64,000 nucleotides of DNA from contig CBDATS010000005.1 in assembly GCA_965200245.1 (NCBI GenBank), positions 576,001 to 640,000 on the forward strand. Direction: 5' to 3'. Each line of letters opens with the position of its first letter. Position 1 is the first letter of the stretch. Shown piece by piece: positions 17,581 to 26,804 of the stretch. The notes beneath the pieces were generated by a model. It had not been told where the DNA came from. It did no database searches and saw only the letters and a program-made list of their open reading frames with translations. The DNA is from a bacterium. Its GTDB lineage: Bacteria > UBA8248. Both the position numbers and the translations under genes were made by a program.

Positions 17581-18657
17581 TCAATCCAGTATCGAACCAA
17601 GAGATTCCCCCTCCGCGAGCCGCACCACCCCGTTCTCGGTTATAAGGGCGTCCACGAAACGAGCAGGCGTCACGTCGAACGCGGGGTTGAAGACGCGCAC
17701 ATCCTCAGGCGCGACACTCACGCCGCCGAAGGATCGGACCTCCTCCTCGGGGCGCTCTTCAATGGGAATGTCCTCCCCCCCTTTCGCCTCGTTGTCAATG
17801 GTGCTCGTCGGCGCCGCCACGTAGAAGGGAACACCGTGCTCCCTAGCGAGCACAGCGAGGCTATAGGTACCAATTTTGTTGGCGAAGTCGCCGTTTGCGG
17901 CCACGCGGTCGGCGCCCACGACAATCGCGTCTATCTTGTCCAGACGCATACAGTGCGCGGCCATGCTGTCTGTGATGAGCACGACGGGAATGCCATCGCG
18001 GCTCAACTCCCAGGCGGTTAGGCGCGCTCCCTGCAGAAAGGGTCTGGTTTCGTCCACATAGACTTCCCGTACCCGTCCATCCCGGAACCCGCTGCGAATC
18101 ACCCCGCCTGCCGTGCCGTAGCCTGCGGTCGCCAACACACCCGCGTTACAATGTGTAAGAACGCTACTCCCTTCCAGTAGCAAAGCGGCGCCCAAATCGC
18201 CTATCCGGCGACAAATTGCAGCATCTTCCTCGTGCATCACTTTGGCCAAGCGAAGGAGTTCTTCAGCTAGCGTTTCGGGCGCGGAGTCACATTTATCGAC
18301 GTGTGCCATTATTTTTTCAATCGCCCAGAAGAGGTTCACCGCCGTGGGGCGTGTGGCGGCGAGCAACCGCACCGCCCGTTCGAGTGCCTCATGCTGCGCA
18401 TCGGCACCCAAACCCGCATGACGGGCAGCAGCCAGGGCAATGCCGTAGCCCGCCGCTATCCCGATGGCGGGCGCGCCTCGTACCGCCATGCTCCTGATGG
18501 CTTCGACCACCTCATCTTCCGTGCGGCACTCGAGATACGTCTCCTCACGGGGCAGTTTCCGCTGATCAAGCAAAACAAGCGCATCGTCTCGAAACGCAAT
18601 ATGGTGAAAGTTTCCCTTAGTCTCTTTTTGCCCGTTCATTCCAGTCCTCTCATTCAT
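17581..18657 (-). CDS. mtnA: S-methyl-5-thioribose-1-phosphate isomerase
   Basis: LLDQRKLP, VRGAPAIG, TRPTAVNL, LTHCNAG, ETRPFLQGARLT, NKIGT, NPAFDVTP. Confidence 0.95.
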   Translation of the reverse strand: MNERTGMNGQKETKGNFHHIAFRDDALVLLDQRKLPREETYLECRTEDEVVEAIRSMAVRGAPAIGIAAGYGIALAAARHAGLGADAQHEALERAVRLLAATRPTAVNLFWAIEKIMAHVDKCDSAPETLAEELLRLAKVMHEEDAAICRRIGDLGAALLLEGSSVLTHCNAGVLATAGYGTAGGVIRSGFRDGRVREVYVDETRPFLQGARLTAWELSRDGIPVVLITDSMAAHCMRLDKIDAIVVGADRVAANGDFANKIGTYSLAVLAREHGVPFYVAAPTSTIDNEAKGGEDIPIEERPEEEVRSFGGVSVAPEDVRVFNPAFDVTPARFVDALITENGVVRLAEGESLGSILD

Positions 18658-18714
18658 TACTTCATAAGAGCGAACGCCTCCTGTGCCACCACGTTCAGGA
18701 TGTCATTTACCTCA

Positions 18715-18945
18715 TTAATAACTCAACCTAAAGATTTCCACGCGTTTTTGCGCAAGTCCGCGTCTCTGGCAATCCGTATGACGCTCGTTGGTATTTTCGT
18801 TGTCCGGGTAGCAACTCGATGTACTACTAGTTGGCAGCGCCGTCAGCCGCACCCTGAGGGTGCCGTCTCGCACTCCACTGATTTCCATTTTGAATGAGTT
18901 CGACTGGGGACCCAAACCTCAATGCTGGATCGGTTTGCCTCCTCG
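18715..18945 (-). pseudogene. Frameshifted DUF167 (YggU/UPF0235) gene remnant
   Basis: Pieces IEVWV, KMEISGVRDGTLRVRLTALP, KIPTSVIRIAR and KRVEI fall in different frames, in the canonical position after yggT-divIVA. Confidence 0.7.
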
Positions 18946-18955
18946 CGGAGGCCGA

Positions 18956-19540
18956 TTACGACGCATCACTCTCTGCTTTCTGGTTCAACGTAATGACGTT
19001 TTCGCTTTCTTTATCGGGGGCGTCTTCACTTTGTTCATCCATGAGGCTGTTGAGGTCGACTCCCATTCGGACGCCCTGGATTTCCAGAGTTCGAATCTGA
19101 GAGAGTAACGTATCGTAAATATCCGCCAGAATCTTCTCCCTTCCCTCCGTCAACTCCGTAATTTCCCCGCGCAGCTTTTCGACGTCTTTTTCGGCTTGCG
19201 CGCTAATCCTGTCGGCCTCTGCGTTAGCCTTCTCGACGATCTGCCCGGCTTCGGTTTCCGCTTTCTCCACCAGTTCGCCAGACCTCACCGTAGCTTGGTC
19301 CCTGAGTTCATTCACGGAGATGAGGATTTTCTGCAGATTGGCATGCTCTCCCCTCAGGCGATTGTACTGCTCGAACAAGTCCTTGCATTGCAGGCTAAGT
19401 TGTTCGTTCTTCCGTTCTAACTCATCCAGGGAATCGGCCACCTTAAACAGGAAAGTATCAACTTCGATACGGTCGTAACCCCGTATCTTACTTGAAAAAC
19501 TATGTCCCCGAACCTCGTTGCCAGTATACTTCATCTCCAC
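18956..19540 (-). CDS. DivIVA domain-containing coiled-coil protein
   Basis: N-terminal FSSKIRGYDRIEVDTFL followed by a long coiled coil. Confidence 0.88.
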   Translation of the reverse strand: MEMKYTGNEVRGHSFSSKIRGYDRIEVDTFLFKVADSLDELERKNEQLSLQCKDLFEQYNRLRGEHANLQKILISVNELRDQATVRSGELVEKAETEAGQIVEKANAEADRISAQAEKDVEKLRGEITELTEGREKILADIYDTLLSQIRTLEIQGVRMGVDLNSLMDEQSEDAPDKESENVITLNQKAESDAS

Positions 19541-19555
19541 CGCCCTAGGTGAAAA

Positions 19556-19858
19556 TCATCGCAACATGTTCGCCAGATCAAAGATACTTTGAACCAGGAA
19601 GCTTTGCAAAAAGAAGATGATCAACAACAATACTATCGGGCTCGCGTCAATGCCCCCAATATCAGGCATCCGGTAGCGTACGGGAGCCAGTATCGGCTCC
19701 GTCAGGCGGTATAGTATCTGGACTATCGGATTGTAGGGATCAGGGTTCACCCACGACAGGAGCGCACGAATGATGATGATCCAGATGTAGATAGTGAGCA
19801 GATAGCTGAGAATCACGCCAATTCCGTACATGAAATTCGATATCAGGAACACCGCCAC
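19556..19858 (-). CDS. yggT: YggT family membrane protein
   Basis: LSWVNPDPYNPIVQ, TEPIL, GIDASP. Confidence 0.93.
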   Translation of the reverse strand: MAVFLISNFMYGIGVILSYLLTIYIWIIIIRALLSWVNPDPYNPIVQILYRLTEPILAPVRYRMPDIGGIDASPIVLLLIIFFLQSFLVQSIFDLANMLR

Positions 19859-19876
19859 CCCCTCTGAAGAATCAGC

Positions 19877-20683
19877 CTAGCCACGACCTAGCTCCTCACT
19901 CCGGCGAGCGGCATCGTACACGGCGTTCATAACAGCGGAGCGGAGCCCCCCGCGTTCAAGCGCGTACAAACCGGCGATGGTCGTTCCTCCGGGTGATGTC
20001 ACCATGTCTTTCAAACGGCCCGGATGCTCGCCCGTCTCAAGCAGCATCCGCGCGGAACCTAGAACGGTTTGGGCTGCTAGCAGCACCGCCTTCTCACGCG
20101 GCAGGCCGACCCTCACCCCACCGTCGGAAAGCGCCTCAATGAACTGAAAGACGTACGCAGGCCCGCTGCCCGATAAGCCCGTCACGGCATCCATGAGTGA
20201 TTCAGGCACAACTACCGCCTTGCCCACGGATTCGAGAAGCTCTGTCGCCTGCAGTAAATCCGCTTCCGATGCCCCGCCACCTGCAGACAACCCCGCAGCA
20301 CCTTCTCCTACGAGGGCAGGCGTATTCGGCATCACACGGATAATGCGCGCCTCATCACCCAAAATTACCGTAAAACGGCTTGTAGGCACACCTGCGACGA
20401 CAGAAATTAAGAGTGGGTGGTGCGCCAAGGTGTCTTTCAGCCCATTCAGAACAACGTCAAGCACCTGCGGCTTCACGGCAATCACGACCTTTTGCGCCTC
20501 GGGGACTGCCTCCGTCCCATTAGACACCACGCGAAACCCAGACGTTCTCCCCAGATATTCGGCGCGCTCGACCAGAGGCTCCGCGATGACGATATCTTCG
20601 ACTTTCGCATAAGCGGAGTTCACCATGCCCAAGGCGAGCGCTTCGCCCATGTTGCCGCCGCCGACTATGAGGATTTCCGACAT
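19877..20683 (-). CDS. proC: Pyrroline-5-carboxylate reductase
   Basis: GGGNMG, AVKPQ, RVMPNTP, SGSGPAY, VTSPGGTT; start reassigned to ATG 20683. Confidence 0.95.
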   Translation of the reverse strand: MSEILIVGGGNMGEALALGMVNSAYAKVEDIVIAEPLVERAEYLGRTSGFRVVSNGTEAVPEAQKVVIAVKPQVLDVVLNGLKDTLAHHPLLISVVAGVPTSRFTVILGDEARIIRVMPNTPALVGEGAAGLSAGGGASEADLLQATELLESVGKAVVVPESLMDAVTGLSGSGPAYVFQFIEALSDGGVRVGLPREKAVLLAAQTVLGSARMLLETGEHPGRLKDMVTSPGGTTIAGLYALERGGLRSAVMNAVYDAARRSEELGRG

Positions 20684-20775
20684 TGAGAAAAACCTTCCGT
20701 ATCCAGAATCAGAATCACTCCGACCACCAGAGCCGTTCCATCCTACTGAAACCGTCACCCCGATTCAAATTCCGC

Positions 20776-21483
20776 TCAGTTCGCTCCCCTTGGTCCGAAA
20801 ATAGCCGTGCCGATACGTACGAGCGTCGCTCCCTCGGCTATCGCGACTTCAAAATCGTTCGACATACCCATCGACAACTCCCGAACACTCGAAAAGCTCG
20901 CGTCCAACGCTTCATCCCGCAATTTTCTCAACAACCTGAAATGCGGGCGGCTCTCCTCTGCCTCCCGACCCAGGGGAGGGATGCACATCAATCCGATCAC
21001 ACGCAGGGCTTCCAGCACGGACGTCTCTTTAATCAGCGTCAGCGTATCAGAGGGAGCGACACCACCCTTTTGGGCTTCTTCACCGGTGTTCACCTGAATG
21101 AATACTTCGAGCGGGCCTTTCCCCACCCCCATCACACGCTTGTTCAACTCTTGTGCCAAGGCGAGCGAATCGAGCGATTCCACCACGTCAAACAACCCGG
21201 GCATGGCGCGGGCCTTGTTTCTTTGCAAACTGCCGATAAGATGCCACTTTGCTTTCTTAGCCATTTCAGGGTCTATTTCGTCCTTCTTACGCTGGGCTTC
21301 CTGCGCCCTGTTCTCGCCGATGATTTCGACGCCCGCCTCGATAGCCTCGACGACACGATCGGGTGGCTGGGTCTTGCTCACGGCAAGAATACGGATTTCA
21401 TCCGGATTCCGGCCCGAGACGCCAGCAGATTCCGTTACGCGCTCCTTTACCATTTCGTACCGCCGCCCGATTTCGCTCACCAC
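20776..21483 (-). CDS. yggS: PLP homeostasis protein
   Basis: AVSKT, GENR, WHLIGSLQRNK, LSMGMSND, VRIGTAIFG. Confidence 0.95.
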   Translation of the reverse strand: MVSEIGRRYEMVKERVTESAGVSGRNPDEIRILAVSKTQPPDRVVEAIEAGVEIIGENRAQEAQRKKDEIDPEMAKKAKWHLIGSLQRNKARAMPGLFDVVESLDSLALAQELNKRVMGVGKGPLEVFIQVNTGEEAQKGGVAPSDTLTLIKETSVLEALRVIGLMCIPPLGREAEESRPHFRLLRKLRDEALDASFSSVRELSMGMSNDFEVAIAEGATLVRIGTAIFGPRGAN

Positions 21484-21490
21484 ATACCTC

Positions 21491-22288
21491 TCACACTGTT
21501 ATCCATATCGTCGAGAGCAGTCGCCCGGTGAGGGGACCTTCGCGGCGATAGGAGAAAAATCTCGATGATTCAGAAAACGTGCACGGCCCTAGCGCTCCGA
21601 TCCGGTCTTCGGGAATCCCTGCCGAGATCAACTGGAGTCTCGCCGCCAGGGGAAGGTCCAACAACCATTTGTCCTGTCCTAAGGGGGCTGAGAAATCTCT
21701 CCAGTTCGGGTACCTCTTGCGAAACGGGGGAAGGCACTCCTTGCCCACCTCGTATTGCTCCCCTGAAATGGCGGGGCCGAGAGCGGCTCGCATGTCCAAC
21801 GGGTCGCAGCCGTATTCCTCCCGCATCCGCTCAATGGTCGTCGGCAAAACACCGCATGCGACCCCTTTGCGTCCCGCATGCACGGCGGCGACGGCCTTTT
21901 TGCGGGCGTCCGCGATAAGTACGGGAAGGCAATCTGCCGTCTGAACCGCCACTCCCAGACCCTTGGCGTTCGTGATCAGGGCGTCGCCGCAGACTCTTCT
22001 ATCCGGGGAAACCCGCTCGGCTACGACAACGGCGCACCCGTGCACTTGCTTTACTTCCACCAAACGCCCTGCCGGAAAGCCGGCGGCTTCAAAAAAACGC
22101 CTTCTGTTCTCCGCTACGTTTTCTGGAACCTCTCCCTTAGCATGCCCGAGGTTCAGTGAGCGAAACAGGCCATCGCTTACCCCGCCTCTGCGGGTGCTGA
22201 ATCCATGGCGCAGGAAGCGGAGTTCTTCGAGCAGGGGCGAGCCGAGAAATTCGACGCCGCCAGACTCATGGCGATCCAAAGAATTCAT
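21491..22288 (-). CDS. pgeF: Peptidoglycan editing factor PgeF (YfiH)
   Basis: HGFSTRRGG, QVHG, TADCLPVL, HAG, FFSYRR. Confidence 0.93.
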   Translation of the reverse strand: MNSLDRHESGGVEFLGSPLLEELRFLRHGFSTRRGGVSDGLFRSLNLGHAKGEVPENVAENRRRFFEAAGFPAGRLVEVKQVHGCAVVVAERVSPDRRVCGDALITNAKGLGVAVQTADCLPVLIADARKKAVAAVHAGRKGVACGVLPTTIERMREEYGCDPLDMRAALGPAISGEQYEVGKECLPPFRKRYPNWRDFSAPLGQDKWLLDLPLAARLQLISAGIPEDRIGALGPCTFSESSRFFSYRREGPLTGRLLSTIWITV

Positions 22289-22416
22289 CCGAAACCCATC
22301 CCGGACGACGGGAAATCAATCAAGAATGTCTTCATACGCTCCTTGCACGGCACCCATTATAAAGAGAGGCACATGACACCACAAGAAACGGGCCCTCCCG
22401 CACGAGAAAGGTGGGG

Positions 22417-22440
22417 CTGGGGGAGAATATTCTCCCCCAG
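22417..22440. repeat. Perfect 24-bp palindrome downstream of ftsZ
   Basis: ctgggggagaat-attctcccccag is its own reverse complement. Confidence 0.85.
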
Positions 22441-22507
22441 TCGCGTCCATGGGGAATGCGTCGTTAGCCCAAAGAGAGGTCCTCCCAGCCTAGCGACGAC
22501 AGGGGGG

Positions 22508-23656
22508 TCAGTCAACCTGCCTGCGCAGGAAGGTAGGCACGTCCAGATCGTCATCCTCCAGATTGTCCGTAACTCCGGATGAAGCCCCATTGTTCTTCAT
22601 CCGGATATACGCGGGAACCGAGATTTTTCCGCCCACGGTGCCCGTGGCTTCCGATTCCAGCGGTGGCACTTCACGAATCGATTCCCGCCCGAATCCCGTC
22701 GCAATGACGGTCACGCGAATCTGGTTGTCCAGGTTCGCGTCAATCACCGAACCGAATATGATGTTGGCCTCTTGGTGCGCTTTTTCATGGACGAGTTCGC
22801 ACGCCTCGTTCACTTCATAGAGCGAAAGATCCGCACCGCCACTAATGTTTATGAGCACGCCCCGGGAACCCTCGATAGTCCCCTCCTCAAGCAGCGGGCT
22901 GTTGATGGCGTTTTGCGCGGCAATGACGGCGCGATTTTCTCCCTGACCTGTACCGCTCCCCATGAGTGCCTTGCCACCCATATCGCGCATGATGGTGCGT
23001 ACATCGGCGAAATCAAGATTAATGAGGCCGGGGGTTGTTATGAGGTCAGCGATTCCCTTGCACGCATGCAACAATACGTTGTTCGCCTTCTCGAAGGCTT
23101 CAGTCATCGGCGTAGACCGCTCGACCATGCCCAGGAGACGCTGGTTAGGGATAGTGATGAGCGTGTTTACAGCATCGCGCAATTCCTCGATCCCCTCCTC
23201 TGCCTGTTTCATCCGTCGCGGCCCTTCGAATCCAAACGGTTTGGTGACGACGCCTACCGTCAGCACGCCCGCTTCTTTCGCGATGCGTGCGATGACGGGC
23301 GCGGCACCCGTGCCCGTGCCGCCACCCATGCCTGCGGTAACGAACACCATCTCGAGGTTTTGCATGAATTCCAAGAGAACTTCTGTATCCTCCAGGGCTG
23401 CCTTCCTGCCGACTTCGGGGTTACCGCCAGCTCCCAATCCGCCCGTCAACTCATGGCCGATCTGAATTTTCTCGGTCGCGATAGAACGCTCCAGTACCTG
23501 GGCGTCCGTGTTGGCAGCTACGAACTGAACACCCTCCATACCCGCCGCGATCATGGTATTGACAGCGTTGCCGCCGCCTCCTCCTACGCCGACTACCGCG
23601 ATTCTCGCGCTGCACGGCGCCTCCTGTTCCAGTGTGAAAAATGTTGAATCACTCAT
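22508..23656 (-). CDS. ftsZ: Cell division protein FtsZ
   Basis: [25 protein letters not shown]-terminal DLDVPTFLR. Confidence 0.98.
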   Translation of the reverse strand: MSDSTFFTLEQEAPCSARIAVVGVGGGGGNAVNTMIAAGMEGVQFVAANTDAQVLERSIATEKIQIGHELTGGLGAGGNPEVGRKAALEDTEVLLEFMQNLEMVFVTAGMGGGTGTGAAPVIARIAKEAGVLTVGVVTKPFGFEGPRRMKQAEEGIEELRDAVNTLITIPNQRLLGMVERSTPMTEAFEKANNVLLHACKGIADLITTPGLINLDFADVRTIMRDMGGKALMGSGTGQGENRAVIAAQNAINSPLLEEGTIEGSRGVLINISGGADLSLYEVNEACELVHEKAHQEANIIFGSVIDANLDNQIRVTVIATGFGRESIREVPPLESEATGTVGGKISVPAYIRMKNNGASSGVTDNLEDDDLDVPTFLRRQVD

Positions 23657-23701
23657 TGTCCCCCCTTCGATCCTGGAAAGCGCCACCGCCTTCCCTTACA
23701 A

Positions 23702-24943
23702 TCATTTGAAAACGCTGGCCAAAACATGGCGGATTTTTTGTGTCGTTTGGCGAATTGGGCCATGCGCCGCCCCGTTCGTTAGTCCACGGCGCCTCGGGAT
23801 GCCAGATTTCATGGCGTAAATCACAAGGCCCACGGCGGTGGAGTACATCGGTCCATTGACCATATCCACCAGCCCACTAATGCCGCCGGGAACGCCCAGC
23901 CTCACCGGAAGCTGCAGCACGTTTTCGGCGAGTTCATCGGAACCCTCGATAATGCTCGCCCCTCCCGTGAGCACGACGCCTGCAGGTAATAGATCCTCCA
24001 TACCGCTTTTCTGTATCTCGCGGCGGATAAGTGTCAGTATCTCTTCCATACGGGGTTCAATAATTTCTGCGAGCATCTGCCGGCTCAGTAGACGCGGCTG
24101 GCGTCCGCCCACACTGGGTACCTCGATCTCCTCATCGTTCGATATCCGGGTTGCCAAGGCACAACCATGTTCCTGCTTGATTTGCTCAGCCTGGTAATCC
24201 GGCGTCCTAAGCCCTATCGCCATGTCCCTCGTGATATGGCTGCCACCCACGGGGACGACGGCCGAATAGCGCAGCGCTCCCCCGCTAACGACGGCGACAT
24301 CCGATGTGCCACTTCCGATATCCACTATTGCTACGCCCAGATCTCGCTCATCATCGCTCAGAGCCGCCAGCGAGGAAGCGAAAGGCTGAAGCACCAGTCG
24401 TTCTACAACCAAGCCTGCCCGCTTAACGCTATGAGTAATGTTCTGAATCGCGGGGATGGACCCCGTCACCACGTGGACCTTGCATTCCAGGCGAACGCCA
24501 GCCATACCCGCAGGCTCAGTGACACCCTCCTGATCGTCCACGATGTATTCTTGCGGCAGCACGTGGATGATTTCGTGATCTGCCGGCATCGTGACGGCGC
24601 GCGCTTGCTCGACAACACGATCGATATCCTCTTGCGTCACAATCTTGTTCTTGATGGCTACGATACCATTGGTGTTGAAGCTACGGATGTGGCCACCAGC
24701 CACGCCCACGTATGCGGAGCGAATGGGCGAACCGCTGATGAATTCCGCTTCACTCACCGCCGTTTGGACTGACTCCACCGTCTGGTCGATGTTCACCACA
24801 AAGCCCCGGTTGAGTCCTTTCGAGGCGGTTTTACCCAGCCCCACGATTTCCAAGGATCCGTCCTCGTTCACCTCGGCCACGACCACACAGATTTTCGATG
24901 TGCCGATGTCCAAACCCACCAGCACGTCGTTCTGTTTGCTCAT
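23702..24943 (-). CDS. ftsA: Cell division protein FtsA
   Basis: GLDIGTSK, DIGSGT, VLTGG; start reassigned to ATG 24943. Confidence 0.97.
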   Translation of the reverse strand: MSKQNDVLVGLDIGTSKICVVVAEVNEDGSLEIVGLGKTASKGLNRGFVVNIDQTVESVQTAVSEAEFISGSPIRSAYVGVAGGHIRSFNTNGIVAIKNKIVTQEDIDRVVEQARAVTMPADHEIIHVLPQEYIVDDQEGVTEPAGMAGVRLECKVHVVTGSIPAIQNITHSVKRAGLVVERLVLQPFASSLAALSDDERDLGVAIVDIGSGTSDVAVVSGGALRYSAVVPVGGSHITRDMAIGLRTPDYQAEQIKQEHGCALATRISNDEEIEVPSVGGRQPRLLSRQMLAEIIEPRMEEILTLIRREIQKSGMEDLLPAGVVLTGGASIIEGSDELAENVLQLPVRLGVPGGISGLVDMVNGPMYSTAVGLVIYAMKSGIPRRRGLTNGAAHGPIRQTTQKIRHVLASVFK

Positions 24944-25854
24944 CCTTTCTTCCCTCCATCCTTTGTGAGTGGCCGAACGATAACCCTGTCGGGAAATCTC
25001 AAATCGAACTGCAGGCCGCCCGCTCCGAGTTCTTTCTGCCGGAGAACATCGTCCGCAACGGCCCGAAGCCGTCCGGCCTGGCTCTCCATTTTCTCTGCAC
25101 TGACCATAAGTTCCACCTTGCTCTCCGGGGCGCGAAGCCGCAGCTGATCCGGGCTGGAATTTCGGACGGCAATGCACTCGCCTCGTATTACCGGAGAATC
25201 CTGGAATAAATGGGCTGCCTCTATGGAGCGAGCCAGCCGCGGGTCGCGAATAACATCTCCTGGCCGCCAGCGACGCGAAGCGAATCCCTCAACCACGGGC
25301 AAGCATCCGGCGACTGACGCCAAAGATTTGCCAAGCACGACGCCCTCCTCATCCACCATGAGGGTTTCACCACCCATGATGTACGCGACGGGCTTGCGTT
25401 CGATGATGTTGACTTCGAGGAAATGGGGCGGACGCATGCGCACGCTCGCCCGTTTTATCCACAGATGGGCGGCCACGCGCGCGCGTATGGCCGCCAAATC
25501 GGCGTCGAATAAGTTCATACCCGGCTCGACACTCATGAGTTTCACGATTTCCTCGGTGCGAAGCGCCCGCTGTCCCTTCACCTCCACCTTACTCAGTTCG
25601 AAATGGCGACTGCTTTTCGCCCATTGGACCGCATGTCCACCCAAAAGAAGCACCTCCACGAAAACCAAAATCCCGATCGCGGGCCATAGCCAGTTTCCGC
25701 CTGTCCTCTCCTTACGCTGTAGTCTGACGCTTTTAGGGGCATTCGGTTCGATGTCTACCTCACGGAGCCCGTGATGTTCGGCCACTTGTGCTAGATTCAG
25801 GACGACTTCCCGGCTTCCGTCTTTCCCTCCCCATCTGAATGATAAACGCCTCAC
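24940..25854 (-). CDS. ftsQ: Cell division protein FtsQ/DivIB
   Basis: Single TM helix, POTRA-like region, IERKP, DLRFPDRVIVR; position between murB and ftsA. Confidence 0.88.
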   Translation of the reverse strand: MRRLSFRWGGKDGSREVVLNLAQVAEHHGLREVDIEPNAPKSVRLQRKERTGGNWLWPAIGILVFVEVLLLGGHAVQWAKSSRHFELSKVEVKGQRALRTEEIVKLMSVEPGMNLFDADLAAIRARVAAHLWIKRASVRMRPPHFLEVNIIERKPVAYIMGGETLMVDEEGVVLGKSLASVAGCLPVVEGFASRRWRPGDVIRDPRLARSIEAAHLFQDSPVIRGECIAVRNSSPDQLRLRAPESKVELMVSAEKMESQAGRLRAVADDVLRQKELGAGGLQFDLRFPDRVIVRPLTKDGGKKG

Positions 25855-26804
25855 GCCGGATCCTCCCCAATGATGTTCAACTCCAGGATCAACTCAATGC
25901 CCCTTTTCTGAAAAATTACCCCTTTCACCTCATCAATGAGCGCCAGAACGTCCACTGCCGTTGCACCGCCGAGGTTCACCATGAAATTCCCATGCACTTC
26001 GCTCACTTGCGCACCGCCAATGCACATACCCTTAAGGTCCGCCGATTCGATGAGCATGCCCGCGCGCTCACCGGGCGGATTCTTGAAAATGGAACCCGCA
26101 CATGGCACGCCCCAGGGCTGGCGCTCCCGCCTTTGAACAGCGCTTCGCCTCAATTGCTCCCTCAATGCGCCAGCGTCCGCAGGCCGCAGCGAAAAACGAA
26201 CGGAGAACACGATGCCCGGTACGGGCAACTCGGCCTTCCGATACGAGAAGCAAATATCTTTCGCGGGGAGCCGCTCGGGAGCACCTTCACCCAGAGGCAT
26301 CCAGCGAATGCTCTCTACGGAGTCTTCGATATAAGATTCAGCGGTTCCTGCGTTCATGGCCATCGCGCCGCCCACGGTGCCGGGAACCCCAGCCAGACAT
26401 TCGGTTCCCGCCCAGCCACGCTCAGCGGCGAAGCGCACCACCGCCGGAATCTTCTCTCCCGCGCCCGCATCGAGCAGTACATGCTCTTCGTTCTCCTCGA
26501 CCACTTCGATTCCCCGGAAACCCTTCGCAAAAGCAATAACTACCCCGCGAACGCCTCCGTCACGCACCAAGGTGTTGGCGCCTCCGCCCAGAACCGTCAT
26601 CTGCAATGCTTCGCTCCGGCATCTCTCGACCAATGCCACGAGCTCGTCTTCCGTCGCGGGCAGCGCGAGAGCGTCCGCCGGACCACCCACCTGGAATGTT
26701 GTGTAGGCAGCCAACATTTCACCGAAAAGTATCTCGCAATCGAGACCCTTCAGTTTCTCCGCCACCTCAAGCGCCATAACTTCCTCCGCTAACCCGATGT
26801 TCAT
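25851..26804 (-). CDS. murB: UDP-N-acetylmuramate dehydrogenase
   Basis: TTFQVGGPA, GVPGTVGG, MNAG, FSYR, GSIFKNP, HGNF. Confidence 0.96.
   Translation of the reverse strand: MNIGLAEEVMALEVAEKLKGLDCEILFGEMLAAYTTFQVGGPADALALPATEDELVALVERCRSEALQMTVLGGGANTLVRDGGVRGVVIAFAKGFRGIEVVEENEEHVLLDAGAGEKIPAVVRFAAERGWAGTECLAGVPGTVGGAMAMNAGTAESYIEDSVESIRWMPLGEGAPERLPAKDICFSYRKAELPVPGIVFSVRFSLRPADAGALREQLRRSAVQRRERQPWGVPCAGSIFKNPPGERAGMLIESADLKGMCIGGAQVSEVHGNFMVNLGGATAVDVLALIDEVKGVIFQKRGIELILELNIIGEDPA

Noticed and set aside
18700-18950. Possible 6S or other ncRNA between divIVA and mtnA
   Set aside because: Better explained as a DUF167 pseudogene.
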